Program-made: the position numbers and the translations under genes
The notes under the pieces: model-generated
What the model was told of the DNA's origin: nothing
What the model saw: only the letters and a program-made list of their open reading frames with translations
Databases searched by the model: none
In this document: positions 15,001 to 26,732 of the stretch, piece after piece
Numbering within the stretch: the first letter of the stretch is position 1
How the letters are laid out: the number at the start of each line of letters is the position of its first letter
NCBI GenBank assembly: GCA_905178155.1
Contig: CAJINV010000005.1
Span: 6,059,974 to 6,123,973, forward strand
Direction: 5' to 3'
From: Amoebophrya sp. A120
Lineage: Eukaryota > Protista > Dinoflagellata
DNA: 64,000 nt

Positions 15001-18000
15001 AATGTTTATTATTGTGCGCGACGGCGACGCTAGTAGCCGCGCCGCTGGTCGTTTTCGAATGCTTGTTCATCTGCAGGTAGAAGTTCTTGCTGTCCTTTGA
15101 AGACTGAAATACACCACTATTCTGACCAAAGAATATCCCACGAAAAAACTGTTTCACTGTGATGATTTTGCAAGATCTGCATCACAAGTTTCTTTACACA
15201 TGACGCAGAAAATTTGGCATGCGCGCTTCCAAAGGGAAAACACCGCTCAATAGTCAAGATCTTGCACGTGTAGCAAGACAAATAGTTCTGTGTTCCATTC
15301 TATGCATCACAAGTTCACAGTGAAACAGTTTTTTCTTGCGATAAAGAACGTGTCATCGTCAATCACCGGAGGGGAGAAGCTGCCGTCGTTAGCGTCAGCG
15401 AAACTCTCCGCGGTTTTGAAAAGCGGCACGCCACTCTGCAATTTTGTGGTGATATTGCTGCCTTCGTTTTGATGTTCCCCGAGTTCTTGTAGTTGCTCCC
15501 TCGGCGTTGTCATTTCTAGCTCTTCCCTCTCCGGATCGTGGATCGGGATTCGGTAAGAGTCCATGAAATCGTCGATTAAATTTTCGTCGTCGTCATCATG
15601 GAACTCATCACCCTCACCTCGTCGTCGCTCCTTCCCGAGCTGCTGCATCATCATCCTTTCCTGCCTCTGCTGTTCAAAAGCCCACTTTCTCCTCGCTTTT
15701 TCTTTGCAAGCGCAGTTGCAAAGGCGGTCCCCCGGGATTAAATCTGCGGTCAGTTCCGGAATGAAAACCTCCACATGCTGGTAGAGAATAAAACGCCACC
15801 CTGGTGTTGTCGGGTTCTGTCGGTTTTTCTCGAGTTTCGCAAGGACGGAAATTGGTAGGACAGTGCTTGATGTCGTGCTAGTACTACCATCTTGTTGCGG
15901 CGTCTTTGACGGTTGTTTGGAAGAACCCAAAGATGAAGCAAAAACCGGTCGTTTCGCTTTCTTCATCACTGTGTTCCACCTGTTATTCGAGCAGTGATAC
16001 AGCCCGACGTTCCCCAGTACCCTCTCCATCTCCGTGGGGAGTTTTAGATCCTTGCTGGCGGACGCTGACACCGGTACTTCGAACTCCAATCGCGCTTGAA
16101 TCTCGCTGTCATGAGGCGCTGATGCGTCGCTGTCGGGGTAGTAGTCCGAGAGCTGAAGCTTTTGTTCCGTGGCGGCTATCTCTACGAGTCGGGGCGGGGG
16201 TTTTGTGCCAGAGGATAGCGAAGCGGAAGATGATCCTGGTCCAGTGTTAGTAGCAGCACTACCTCCGTCAACAGTTGTTCCTACCGTCGAGGATGTTGTC
16301 GATAACGCAGGAGCTCCACCACCACTACTTATCCGGAAAAACGACAACACCGCGTGCGCCGGGCGCCAGAGAGACGTTGGCACACCGAACCCAGCTTTAT
16401 CGACGTGATGCGCAGGAGCGCCAGCATCGGATGCAGCTTGTTTTCCATTTCCCGCACGACCTCCTGTGATAATTCCCTTCTCATACTTCCGTACTTTCTC
16501 GACGAACTCCTTTTCCGAAGCTAGAGCGCGCAAATCCAAAACATAGTTCGTCGCAATCCGGTTCTCCATCTCATGTAGCTCCGCCTTCGCATAGCCGAAC
16601 AAGTCCTGCATGGACCCGCTAAACCCGAAGTGGTAGTCGGAGTAAAGTATGGAAGCCTCAGAATGGAAATCCTCAAAGTGGAAATGATTTGTGATGCATG
16701 AAATGCGACACCAAAAAGACTGTGTTGCAGAGAACGCAATGGAGGCCGATTATTGTGCTTCTACGGGTTCAGAATTGGGCTGCTGATTAGCACGAGAGAC
16801 GGGCACCCCTTTGCCTAACTAGCATGACAGACACGTTTTAAGTGCCCGGGAAATTTGTCATGCGCCGACTAGAAATGGTGCTTCGACTGGAGTCGTTTTT
16901 TTGCATCGCAAATTATATTCCACTTTGAGGATTTCCATTCTGAGGCTGTCATATAAAGCAGCAAATACTTCCTCGCCAACTCTTCCGTCGGCGGCTTCAG
17001 CATCTCCTTGGGCGTCCCGAGGCCATACTGTGGCAAAGACATGATCTTCAACACTTGCGTGTACCAGAGGACCATGAGACACCTCCTTCCGTAGACCAAA
17101 TGGTGAACGTAGTCGGTGAGAGACTCTTTGAGCGTGAACAGAGACTGAGATTTTGATGTTCCAGAACTAGTCAGGAGGCCCCCGCTTACGTGGTTCTTTT
17201 CCGACCGCAGAATCTTCAAGTTCACCCCCATGCCCGGATCTAAATTTCGCGATTTCCCAATGTAGAACTTGCTCCACTGCTTTAACAGAATCTCCATCTT
17301 TATCGGTTGATTCGTGATCCGCCAGTGCGAATTGTCGAAGTCCCCGCGCCAGAGATTCGTCTCCAAGTTCGTGCCCCAGGGAGGGAGAGGAGGGGAGGAA
17401 GAAGTAGATGTAGAATTATGTGCATGATAGTCCCTTGCCTGCTTTTCCTGCTGTTCCACGGTCGGCCAGGTACCGAAATACGCGTCGACGTCGCGACAGA
17501 GGATGAGCTTCACCCACAAGTCGAGGTTATCCCGCGCTTTTTTGTCGAAACACGTCGCGTCGGAATAGGATTCGGAGAGGAACTCCTTCGCGTTTGCGGA
17601 AGATTTATTCGGAACTCCACCTGGTCCCCCGGTCGTGCTGGACGAAGTTCGGATGTTTAGTTTAGAACTACCTGCAGACGACGATACAACCCCGGTAGAA
17701 GAGGCGGCATAAGGATTCTGGAAGTTCACACAAGCCCGGCATGGCCGATCCCAGGTGCACTCGTCATCTGATGTGGTGATGATGTCGTGAAATCATTTTC
17801 ATTCATCCGCGCATCCAAAAATAAAGAGCGCGAGCATTCGCATTGCAATCAAAACTATTAACAAAACTCTTCATCTATACTCCCCGTCTCTTTCTGTCCG
17901 CAACACCACCGCATTTTCCTCCCTATGCATTGCAAATATGTCTGGGTCGGGAAGAGTGCAAACTTGTGATGCGCATTTCACAAGACACACAAATCTCTCA

Positions 18001-19830
18001 TGCACAGGTAGCATAAGTCCCCCACTTTCTGCCACCAAAATGGGGGATTTGCCATGCGGATTAGGCATTGCGGAGCCTTGACCTTCTCGAGACCTGTGAT
18101 GCTAGGGCTTCCATGCCAGGAGACCTTCTGTGTCATACAAAAACAGCATGACTCTTCCAGACCACCAGGACATATTTGCATTTGATACTCCCACTGCTCG
18201 CCCCATTCTCCCCGTAGTACTCCCCCTCCGGTCGGACCAGCTTGCAATCCGATATGGCGCTCTCAATCGTTCTTACATTCTCAAGTGTTACATGAATTTG
18301 TGATGCAAGAATGGCAAAATTGAAAGGAAAACGCTTGCGCCTCTTGCATTACAGCTTTGCTGGCGCAGATTCATCTCAGCCCGTTTGGCCCTTCGAGTAT
18401 TTGTCATGCGAAGCAGCTTGACCGGCGTGTGGATCCTGATTGTAAACTTGCATGACAAATTCGGGTAACAGTTGAGAATGTAACGTTTGAGAACACCATA
18501 TCCGAGTTCACCAAGTTTTCCTCTGGATCGGAGAAGGATAAATACTTTATCCGAACCGCAAAAAACACCTTGCCCGAATCCAAGGAGAAATTCCTTGGGC
18601 AGTCATATGCATTGCAAAAAGCATCGTGCTCGTAGTATTGCAATACAAATTAGGTCAGCATGAGCATGACAAACAAAATTTTTTGTCACAGCATGGAAAA
18701 CAAAATTTGTCATGCTGATGTAGCTTAAAAAATAAATTTGTCTTGCATGACTGCAATTAGTACGAGTAAGATGCTTTTGCATGCACAGGATAAGTCGTCC
18801 AAAATCACCACATTCGCCTCGTGGACGGTCAGCCGCATGTACCGTTTCATCTTGATGAGCAACGCCTGGATCTGGTTAGGCTTTTTCTTGAAGTAGTCGG
18901 AGAGGAATCTTTGTTTGTATTTCTTCGCATATTCTGCCATCCTCCTCGCCTTCTCGTCCCATTTCGACGGCGGCAGGAACTTCAACTCCAAGTGCACTCC
19001 GTGCACGTCGATTTCGAAGGGTTCTTTCTTCGGGGAGGTACTAGTACTTGTTCCGGCTTGATGTTCTTCTCCCTCCGTGTTTTCAAGTAAAGTCTCCCAC
19101 TTGAACCTGACCGAGATCTTCCTGTATGGGAGTGTCAGGATTGATCGACAAAGTTGAAATGATTTGTAATGCATAAAATCGATACCAGTTAGAAGCCGAG
19201 CCCAGTTTCCAAGCGGTGCATGACAAATTTCGGCACCGTCTAAATCCAGTTTGTCATGCTGTTTAGGGACAGAAGGCGTCTTTTGTCATGCTACTTTAGC
19301 AGCTCTCTCGCAGACCCCAAACAGGCTGACCGTCGGCCTCACTTGCCATCCCTGCAAGAGAGGCACTGCATGCCTTCGCCTTGCAATTCCTGCATGAGAA
19401 ATTATTTCAACTTTGACGATTTCAATCCTGACACTCCCATATCCTGATCGTCCCGCGCACCACCGTGAAGGGAAGAACATCTGCGAAGAGGAGGGATAAC
19501 AGCTCATCCGACAGCTTCACGTTCCACAATTCGATTGTCTATGGAGTGCAAAAGTATCGTGGTACTCGTATAAATGCATGACAAATTCCCTCAGCATGAG
19601 AAATTAAATGCATTTGTAATGCGGATTTACCTTAAGAAAAGGATTTGTAATGCATGAGTGCAATACGAAGACGATACTTTTGCACAGGATATTGTCGGCC
19701 GGTCTTTGAAAAACTCGCCGGAAAAATTATTACCCCAATCGATTCCAATCGCTTTCTTCAGTAGCTTCTTCACAATCGGCAGGCGGAGGGCGAACACGCC
19801 TCCTAAGGAGGCGAAAAACTTGGAGGACAT
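56..19830 (-). CDS. Giant chorein-N (VPS13/ATG2/BLTP-like) bridge lipid-transfer protein, at least 5201 aa, 3' end outside the window
   Basis: Spliced N-terminus IELWNVKLSDELLSLL..LPFTVVRGTIRKISVRFKWETL..PFEIDVHGVHLELK resembles the chorein-N pattern. Removing 19 introners (each plus one TSD copy) and one GT-AG intron gives 15603 nt = 5201 codons in one frame. All junctions were checked; the 56-3046 exon was spot-checked. Confidence 0.8.
3047..3304. mobile_element. Introner family A
   Basis: TIR tatcaaatgcaaaaatgtctgggtct; TSD gtgga; restores FVST|TWAQ. Confidence 0.93.
4422..4577. mobile_element. Introner family E
   Basis: TSD tgtga; HPKLT|DESV. Confidence 0.93.
6032..6181. mobile_element. 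Introner family B
   Basis: TIR of the type tatNNNNtgcaaaagtatcgtac; TSD aatct; VQI|FDV. Confidence 0.93.
6978..7240. mobile_element. Introner family A
   Basis: TSD aaatg; FSI|LPD; interior similar to 56047-56336. Confidence 0.93.
7425..7733. mobile_element. Introner family C
   Basis: TIR tatgg..tgtcagga; TSD ggtaa; LDLP|LLV. Confidence 0.93.
9072..9224. mobile_element. Introner family B
   Basis: TSD tagca; DPA|TTS. Confidence 0.93.
11600..11809. mobile_element. Introner family D
   Basis: TIR tatc...gaaaaaactgtttcactgt; TSD cacag; QVC|AVN. Confidence 0.93.
12662..12810. mobile_element. Introner family B
   Basis: TSD caacc; NTRL|RDV. Confidence 0.92.
12923..13035. mobile_element. Introner family F
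   Basis: TIR tat.cacagaaaaaaacccatccacatcc; TSD aagtc; QET|LDR. Confidence 0.93.
13451..13659. mobile_element. Introner family D, reverse orientation, left TA changed to CG
   Basis: TSD ctttt; ELK|RSN. Confidence 0.9.
13858..14014. mobile_element. Introner family B
   Basis: TSD attcc; ESE|YDH. Confidence 0.92.
14118..14270. mobile_element. Introner family E, reverse of 4422
   Basis: TSD ccttg; HQG|YF. Confidence 0.92.
15134..15343. mobile_element. Introner family D
   Basis: TSD aagaa; DTFF|GQ; close copy of 11600. Confidence 0.93.
16648..16953. mobile_element. Introner family C-like
   Basis: TSD taaag; LLLY|SDY. Confidence 0.92.
17768..17880 (-). other. GT-AG intron (113 nt)
   Basis: gtatag...cag; needed to avoid stops in all three frames; joins ETG|NDEC. 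Confidence 0.75.
17924..18187. mobile_element. Introner family A
   Basis: TSD ctccc; reverse-complement relative of 22004-22255. Confidence 0.92.
18253..18500. mobile_element. Introner family G
   Basis: TIR tatgg.g.tctcaa; TSD tccga; NSD|CK. Confidence 0.92.
18606..18792. mobile_element. Introner family B
   Basis: TSD agtca/agtcg; LDD|CPR. Confidence 0.9.
19125..19441. mobile_element. Introner family C
   Basis: TSD tcctg; GTIR|KIS. Confidence 0.93.
19540..19691. mobile_element. Introner family B
   Basis: TSD ttgtc; RPT|IEL. Confidence 0.93.
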
Positions 19831-20583
19831 GGTAGGTTTGTGGCTTGTGGCTCGCCTACTCTACGAGGAAGGATGTGAACTGTTCAAATGTCGGCAAAAA
19901 AGTCCTCCTCGTCCTGCAGACGAGGCAGTATGGTTATGACCTACATCCTGGGTGGGGGGTCGCCTATGGGAAAAGAAAGTATGTAGTTGAGTCAAATCAC
20001 CACATCAAAAATTTGACTCGTCGTCAGTGGTATCTGAAAAAATTTGACGCACGACGGCACAGCGGTATCTGAAACCAAGAAAACACACTTCCACATCTGG
20101 TACCAGACAGAGCGGAACAAACAAAAGCTACGATTTCAAACCGGGATTGGAAACGATCAAAGCGACTTGCTCAGTTGGCTCCACCACATCACGATCGTTC
20201 AACAAACGGAAAAAGTTTAAAGAGGAGCGAATCAGGAGACAAAGCAAGATGAGAACATGTTCGTGCCGTCGTGAAGGAACTACCGTGCGTTTGTTCCTCG
20301 TTTGGTCCTCCGGCTTGCTGAGCTATTCTTGTTTTCGTGTTGGTTTTTTTTTAAAGATGCTGACACGTCAGGTGAAATCGTGTTCCTCCTCGTGGTTCTC
20401 CTGTAGATCCTCTACTTGTGTGATCAAACAGCGCGGGGTAAGTGCTTACTACTGCGAGCGAAAGGTAATTGCGTCCACCTGTGAAAGATGTTCCTCAAGA
20501 TCTTCAGCAGGTATGCGTACAGGGTCTGTTCTTCCAGAGCACCTTCTACTTCTTCCGCTTCTTGTTGACCACCACCGCCATTA

Positions 20584-22361
20584 CTACATCCCGTACACAA
20601 TGCTCAAAAACGTCCGCCCGTCCACGTTGAAGCCCTGCAACTCTTGCAAACAGCGCTTCGCGTGGTCTTCGTGCCTGAATTCCACCTTCATGCGCTTTTG
20701 CGTCGTGAAGACCTGAAGTTCCTCCAATCCAGGGTACTGCTCGAACAGTGGTCGCATAATTTCCTCGGTCAAAAACTCGGTTAAATTGTCGATGATCAGC
20801 GTGCAGGTTGGGTCGCCAACCTGGGAGTTTTATTTTGCACATACGGGATGTACGGTTACTATTTACATGCTGCATCAGAGATGCGTTTTCTACTTAAGCG
20901 GCAAGCTGCTGCAGAAACCCTCTCCTATCACGAAAAAAGACACATTATGCTCAAAAAAGCTAGAATATGAATACGTCCTGTCCGCTCATCGTTTTTGTTC
21001 CTGCCAAAAATCCTGCTTGCCCACTCAACTGCACCGCTGCCTTGTTTTTGATCGTGATTTGCTTCGCTGAGTTCGCGGATTCCGCCACTTTCTGTCTTTT
21101 CGCCGAAGCGCCAATCATTTCAATCTTTCCCTCTTTGATCATTGCATTATCAGCTGCAAATATATCTGGGTCTGGAAGATGAATGGAAGGTTTGTCATGC
21201 AGGTTTTGGATGCCCCAGAAGGTCTGGAATTATACGGGTCTAGCATCACAAATCTTAAGAAGGCTTCCCAATTATGCCTGATCCGCATGAGAGTAGATCC
21301 CCTGTCCTTTCGGTCACAAGAAATGGGCATGCTTTATTGCTGTCCATGCATGAGAGATTTTCCTTTGCTGTGAACTGCGCATCACAAGTTGATTGCAACA
21401 TCCTTCCAGACCCAGATCGATATTTGCAATGCATATGCCTCGATGGATTTCGACTTCGCAAACTGCACGTACATATCCTGTGCAAAAGCATCGCACTCGT
21501 ATAAATGCAAGTCTTGCATTACAAATCTTGGCCCCAAGGCAAATCTGCATTACAAATCTCGTTTCTCATGCTGAGGAAATTTGTAATGCATTTATACCAG
21601 TGCGATACTTTTGCAGTTCATAGTACAAATCCCGCCCGAAAAACGGGAAGCCGTGGAGCCTTATCCTGTGCAAAAGTATCGTAGTCGTACTAATCGCATT
21701 CATGCATTACAAATTTCTTCCTCAAGTTAAATCCGCATTACAAATTTTATTTCTCACGGTGAGGAAATTTGTCATGCGATTTATACTAGTGCGATGCTTT
21801 TGCATTTCATAAGCCTCGCTTTCGCCTGATTTGCGTTCATGTAATCGTCGAAGCAAACGAAGGCGATGGTCTTCATCAATTGTTGTGGTTTGTCGTACTG
21901 TTTCCCGGTAACCGCGTTTTTCCCGATCGTCTTGGTCGTGATCCGCTTCTTGTTGATCACGATGGAAAAAATTTCCCCGAACGGGTTGCAGAGCTCGTAG
22001 AGGTATGGATGGTAAAAGTGTCTGGGTCTGCAAGAGTCATGCTGTTCTTGCATGACACAGAAGGTCTGGTATGGGAGCAGTAGCATCACAGTTTTCGAGA
22101 AACTTTCGCAATGCCGAATCCGCATGACAAATCCCCCAGTTTGGTGGCAGAAACTGAGCAGCTTTGGCTACCTATGCATGAGAGATTTTTCTGTGTCCTG
22201 AAATGCGCATCACAAGTTTGCACTCTTCCAGACCCAGACATTTTTACATTTGATAAGAGGGCGTGTTGTAGGTCGTCTCTCTTGACGGACTGATCAATGT
22301 TGCCGAAGAACAGGGTTTGCTGGTCCTCCTCGGCCTTCCATTTTGGGGCCAGGTGGGTCAT
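20584..22361 (-). CDS. U1A/U2B''(SNF)-like two-RRM snRNP protein
   Basis: Spliced TLFFGNIDQSVKRDDLQHALYELCNPFGEI...AFVCF...LHGFPFFGRDLYVQFAKSKS parallels U1A RRM1. C-terminal RRM LFEQYPGLEEL...LQGF. Four introners and one GT-AG intron. Confidence 0.85.
20821..20974 (-). other. GT-AG intron (154 nt)
   Basis: gtattc...cag; joins GQD|VGD. Confidence 0.8.
21148..21435. mobile_element. Introner family A
   Basis: TSD tgcat/tgcct; IEA|MIK. Confidence 0.9.
21474..21622. mobile_element. Introner family B
   Basis: TSD gtaca; DLY|VQF. Confidence 0.93.
21662..21811. mobile_element. Introner family B
   Basis: TSD agcct; ARL|HGF. Confidence 0.93.
22004..22255. mobile_element. Introner family A
   Basis: TSD agagg; HAL|YEL. 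Confidence 0.93.
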
Positions 22362-23229
22362 TTTCGTGGTTTTAGTTTTTTACTAGTGGAGCTTTATAGA
22401 GGTATGAAGGTCGATCTTTCCTCGTTCAATCAGGTGACACTAGTACGGTACTGACAAAGACTGTATAGAATAAAATGATGAAACTACTAGTCGCACTATC
22501 ACACACTTACGTTGTACTAGTTGCCTACATGTGATTTCCGCTTTGCCCAATCACCAAAATGCCTCAAGACTGTCAAATATCAAGAGAAAGGATTCAGCAC
22601 CTTTTTTGTGTACAATGAAAAACTAAAAGATCTTGTTGATCGAAAAAATGGGATCAACTGCTGTGCAGGGACGAGAGAACCCTTTCTAGTAATTTCTCCT
22701 ATGTCCTCGCGATTGATGAAAAGAGATCGTAGCTTTCGTTTCGACGGAGTTGAAAAAACTGGAACTACGGCACAGATTCTTTATGAGCGAATAGCAAGCT
22801 ACTGCTATTCGTTTATGTAAATCGGAATCAATGAGGATCTACTTTTTTCTTCGTTCCACTGCTCGCAATTAGGTATTCTTTCCTTCCGTGAACGTGATCT
22901 ATATCTTCACAAAGATCCTAAATTTCTGCAGCAGTGCAACAATCTAGGAACAAAGAGCGTGACGACACAGGCGTGATGAGCGAAAAAGGGCCTCACGTTG
23001 AAAAGTTTCTTGTTTTAATTTGCGCTGTCGTGATGATGTGTCGCCTTTAAGCATGTGTCGCTCGTGCAAGTGCATCGTTTGTCGCTGATGCAACTGCAAG
23101 TTGAACATACATAATCATAAGCTCATACTGCTCTGAGGAGCAAAATGAAATGCTGGACTGCCAGCCGCTCCAGATGCGTACGTACTGACCTCGTTTATCA
23201 TTATCAAGCCCACTTCAATCATCTGAGTC

Positions 23230-26200
23230 TCATTTGATTCCCCTCAATTTTGCTGCTCCTCCACCGCCCATCTTCTTGCTGATTTCCGCGAAATCCCGGC
23301 AAGAAAAAACCTTTTGACAGCACATCGTGAACAGATTCCAGGTATCGACAGAAGAAGATGAATTTGAATCCTTGGTGCCTTGCAAGGTTAAGGTTTTAGT
23401 ATTTGCCTTGCAGCACACCGGCTGGAGCATAAATTCCTCCCCCTCGGCACCGCAGAAAGGACAACATCTTCCATTTATTGCCGCCAGAACATCGTCGCTG
23501 ATATTTTTGTCCAGAGCCACCTGCTCTTGCTCTTCGTCTTGCTCCACGTCAAAACTCGCGTGAAATAGCATGCGGTCCATAGTGTTGGCGGCTTGGAGAA
23601 GTTCAAATGGGGGAATAGCATGCGAATTTTGCTCTGTCATGCGGGCAACCGATTCGAAGTGCGGCGGCGCCTGCTTCTCGTACTCCAGCCGGTTGAACAG
23701 GTAGTCATCTTGCTGCATGAAATCTGCGATGAAATCGATTGGTTTCGCGTCCCTGCATGACAAACTGCCTTCCACCTTTCCCGCTCCTCCTGCATGTGAT
23801 GAAACTACTGGCTTGAAGAAATCTCTCCGCTTCCGCTTCTCCAAGTCGATTTTCTCGATGAACGTCCAGACTTCTTCGTCAACCGCCGAAATTGCGAGAA
23901 ATTTAGAAGTTGTACTATTTCCGTCTTTATCATGTCCAGCATCTGCATCGCCCCTCGTCTGCTTCTCGAGAAAATCCAGATCGATGTTCGACTTCAAATA
24001 TCAAATGCAAGTATGTCTGGGTCTGGAAATTTGTGATGCTGGGTGGCGTATCATGAGAAGGCCACAAGTGCTGGCCCAGCATGACAAGTTTTTGAGCTTT
24101 CAGGTGTTGCCTATTCTGCATGACAATCTGCGTTTCTGCATGACAGAAAAAGGGAGCTCTTGGGTAACGCGCATGACAGATTTAAAACTCATGCCAGACA
24201 AGCATGACAAACAGCCATTCTTCCAGACCCAGACATTTTTGCATTTGATATCAAACAAGCCTGCACCTTCAGCTGAAACTTCGCAATTTCCTTTTTCTCT
24301 GCCATTGTCATTTTCAAATCCTTATCCTTCTGCCTCTCCCTCTTCCCCATGACCACCATCAACTGCTTCAGCGTCTGTTGCAGTTCCAGCATGGTTCTCG
24401 CGTAGCGGTGTTGTAATTGCAAGTTCTTCGTGTAGACCAAAGGGTGCCAAAAGCGGATTAACAAAACGACTCGGGCTTCGTTTGTGAAATTTTCCACCTC
24501 GTGCTCGAAGGAGTCGTCGAAAAGCAGGCATTTGGATTCCTTCCAACATTTCCAATAAGGTCCGACTCTTATGCGGCATAGAGGACCAGCCTTGTTATTG
24601 TTTTCGTTTTCCCCCTGATCTTTCGGCACCCGTATCCCCAAGTGGCACGTCAACCGTAAATTATTCGGCGCGCAGTGCGGTAAAATGTGCGACCCGGCGG
24701 ATAATTCGGACAAGATGATTTCTCCGTACCCGTTTTCCGCCATTTCGACGAATTCCGGGATTAAATTCCGCAAGTACCGCCTCGTTTTGAACAGCGGACG
24801 GTTTCTGATGTAATCGTGGTTTTTCTTCAAAAAATTTTTCTTCGTTTCACAATCAAACAAAACGATCTCGCGCCATTTTCCGCCGGGTTTCAATACATCC
24901 CCGTCCTGCTGGCCGCCGGTGCGGTGGGAGCCGCCGACTTCGGCGTAGTGGCCTGGAAGCTGTTCGGCTTGTTTCTCCTCCACTTCAGCGCCCTCAACCT
25001 CCTGCATGGTCTGCCGGGTAAACACTAGAGCGTCCTTGTCGAAATTTCTTGCGTTGGAAATAGCAGCGGTCTTTGTGGAAGAATTGTTTTGTTTATCTTC
25101 CATCTCCTTTTCGTACTGCTCGAGCTCTTTCTTGATGAGTTTGTGCCCGTAATTTTCCAGGTCCTTGATCCAGTACTCGTTGGTTTGGGCGAGGAGGCTG
25201 TGCGGGTTCTTCCTGTCTTCGTCCCAGAAAGGCTTGGCGAAGATTTCTTCATCTTCGACGTGGCTGGCGGTCTGATCATGCTGCTCGTCCTCCCCTGCAC
25301 AATAATTCTTGCCGCTGATACGCAGGTCCGAAGGACGAGCCTGCTGCAACCGTGGGAAGAGCACTCCAGGGCGCTGGTGGCCGAGCAAAAGGTTGGATTT
25401 CGAATGATAGGGAACCTCGGGTTCTTCTCTTGCAGCAGCACTTCCACCAAACACCAAGCGGTATCCAAGCTGCCCAATTTCGTAGGCGAAATCGTACGTT
25501 GGAGTTTTCGTACAATTTCTCGACGCCATTTGCCCTTTCGCCTCTTCAAAAATTCCGGCGAGCGTGAAGAAGTGCTGGAGGCCGAGAGGGAATGATGGTG
25601 GAGAGGCTGTAGAAATGGATTTGTCATGCTGGTCGCTCACCACTTGAGCAGCAGCAGCAGCAGCAGCTCCTGCAAAGCAAGAATTATGCTGAACCAGCCA
25701 GGCGATGCGGATCGCGTCGGTCAAAAGTAACAGGTTTATCGTGTGGGGCTTCAGAATAGAACTTAACCTCTTCTGGTCCTCTGCCGAGTAGTAGTCTGGT
25801 GTTTGTGTTTCAGTTTCGGTGGCGTCTTTTCCGTTTTCTTTGTTGAGATCATGCCCATGCCGCATGAGAAACAACTCATCCACTTTCTGCAGGACGTCGA
25901 GGCGTTCCGGATTGCTGCTGGCACTAGTCCCGTTCTTGCCCTGAACAGAATCAGCCACGATCAGGGCGTTTTCACTCTCAATATTATCGGCGTTCTTGTC
26001 ATGATGTCGTGCCATCTTCATCTCGAGATAAGCAATGAACTGTTTCTTGAAGCGAACCACTTCTGGCACCTCGTTCTCCGCCCAGCTGGTGTAGTTTTTA
26101 AAATTTCCCAAAAAGCGGCTCAACAGCCCGTCGGACAGGTCCTGGCTAGATAACCACAGAAGCCGCCTCATGAGGATCAGAAGCCTCGCTTCCTGGTGCA

Positions 26201-26732
26201 TCATGGGGTCCTGGTTCAACATCTCCATCCGCGAGGAGGTTGGTTTGATGGTCTCATCGTCATGATTTTCTCCTGTAGGAGAGGAAGCCGAGACCACCAA
26301 GCTATTCAGTTCTTGATACAGTGCCTTGATCAAACCGTGCAACGCGGTGTCGCGCTCCGCCTGCCTTTTTCTTCTGCTAGCTTCCGACGAAGATTGGCCT
26401 GCCTGCGCTTGTAGCATTCTCATCTGCTGCTGTTGCTGCATTCTCAAAAGAAACGCCGTCCAGGCTTTCTCCGCAGTGAGGGACAGGAGATGTTGTACAG
26501 CTTCTTCTTGGGACTCTACTTTCTTGATGTCAACAGGAGCTGCACCTTGCCTGCCAGCAGCAAAAGCTTGTGATGCTGCTAATGCAGCTCCTGTATTTCC
26601 AACTTGCGGAAAGTAGTGCCGCGCCCATTCTGGGTCCCGGGTGAGGTGTTGCCAGGCCAGGTGTTGTTTTTCCCAACCTTGCTTGCCAGAAGATGGCGCT
26701 GGGAGACTCGCGCTGTGAGCAGAGAGAGGCAT
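23230..26732 (-). CDS. Protein with aspartyl/asparaginyl beta-hydroxylase (2OG-Fe dioxygenase) domain and Cys-rich C-terminus; start uncertain
   Basis: ILPHCAPNNLRLTCHLG...LLFDDSFEHEV...RVVLLIRFWHP motif. One introner joins the 847-aa and 255-aa ORFs (ACL|KSN). Confidence 0.8.
23999..24250. mobile_element. Introner family A
   Basis: TSD tcaaa; ACL|KSN. Confidence 0.93.
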
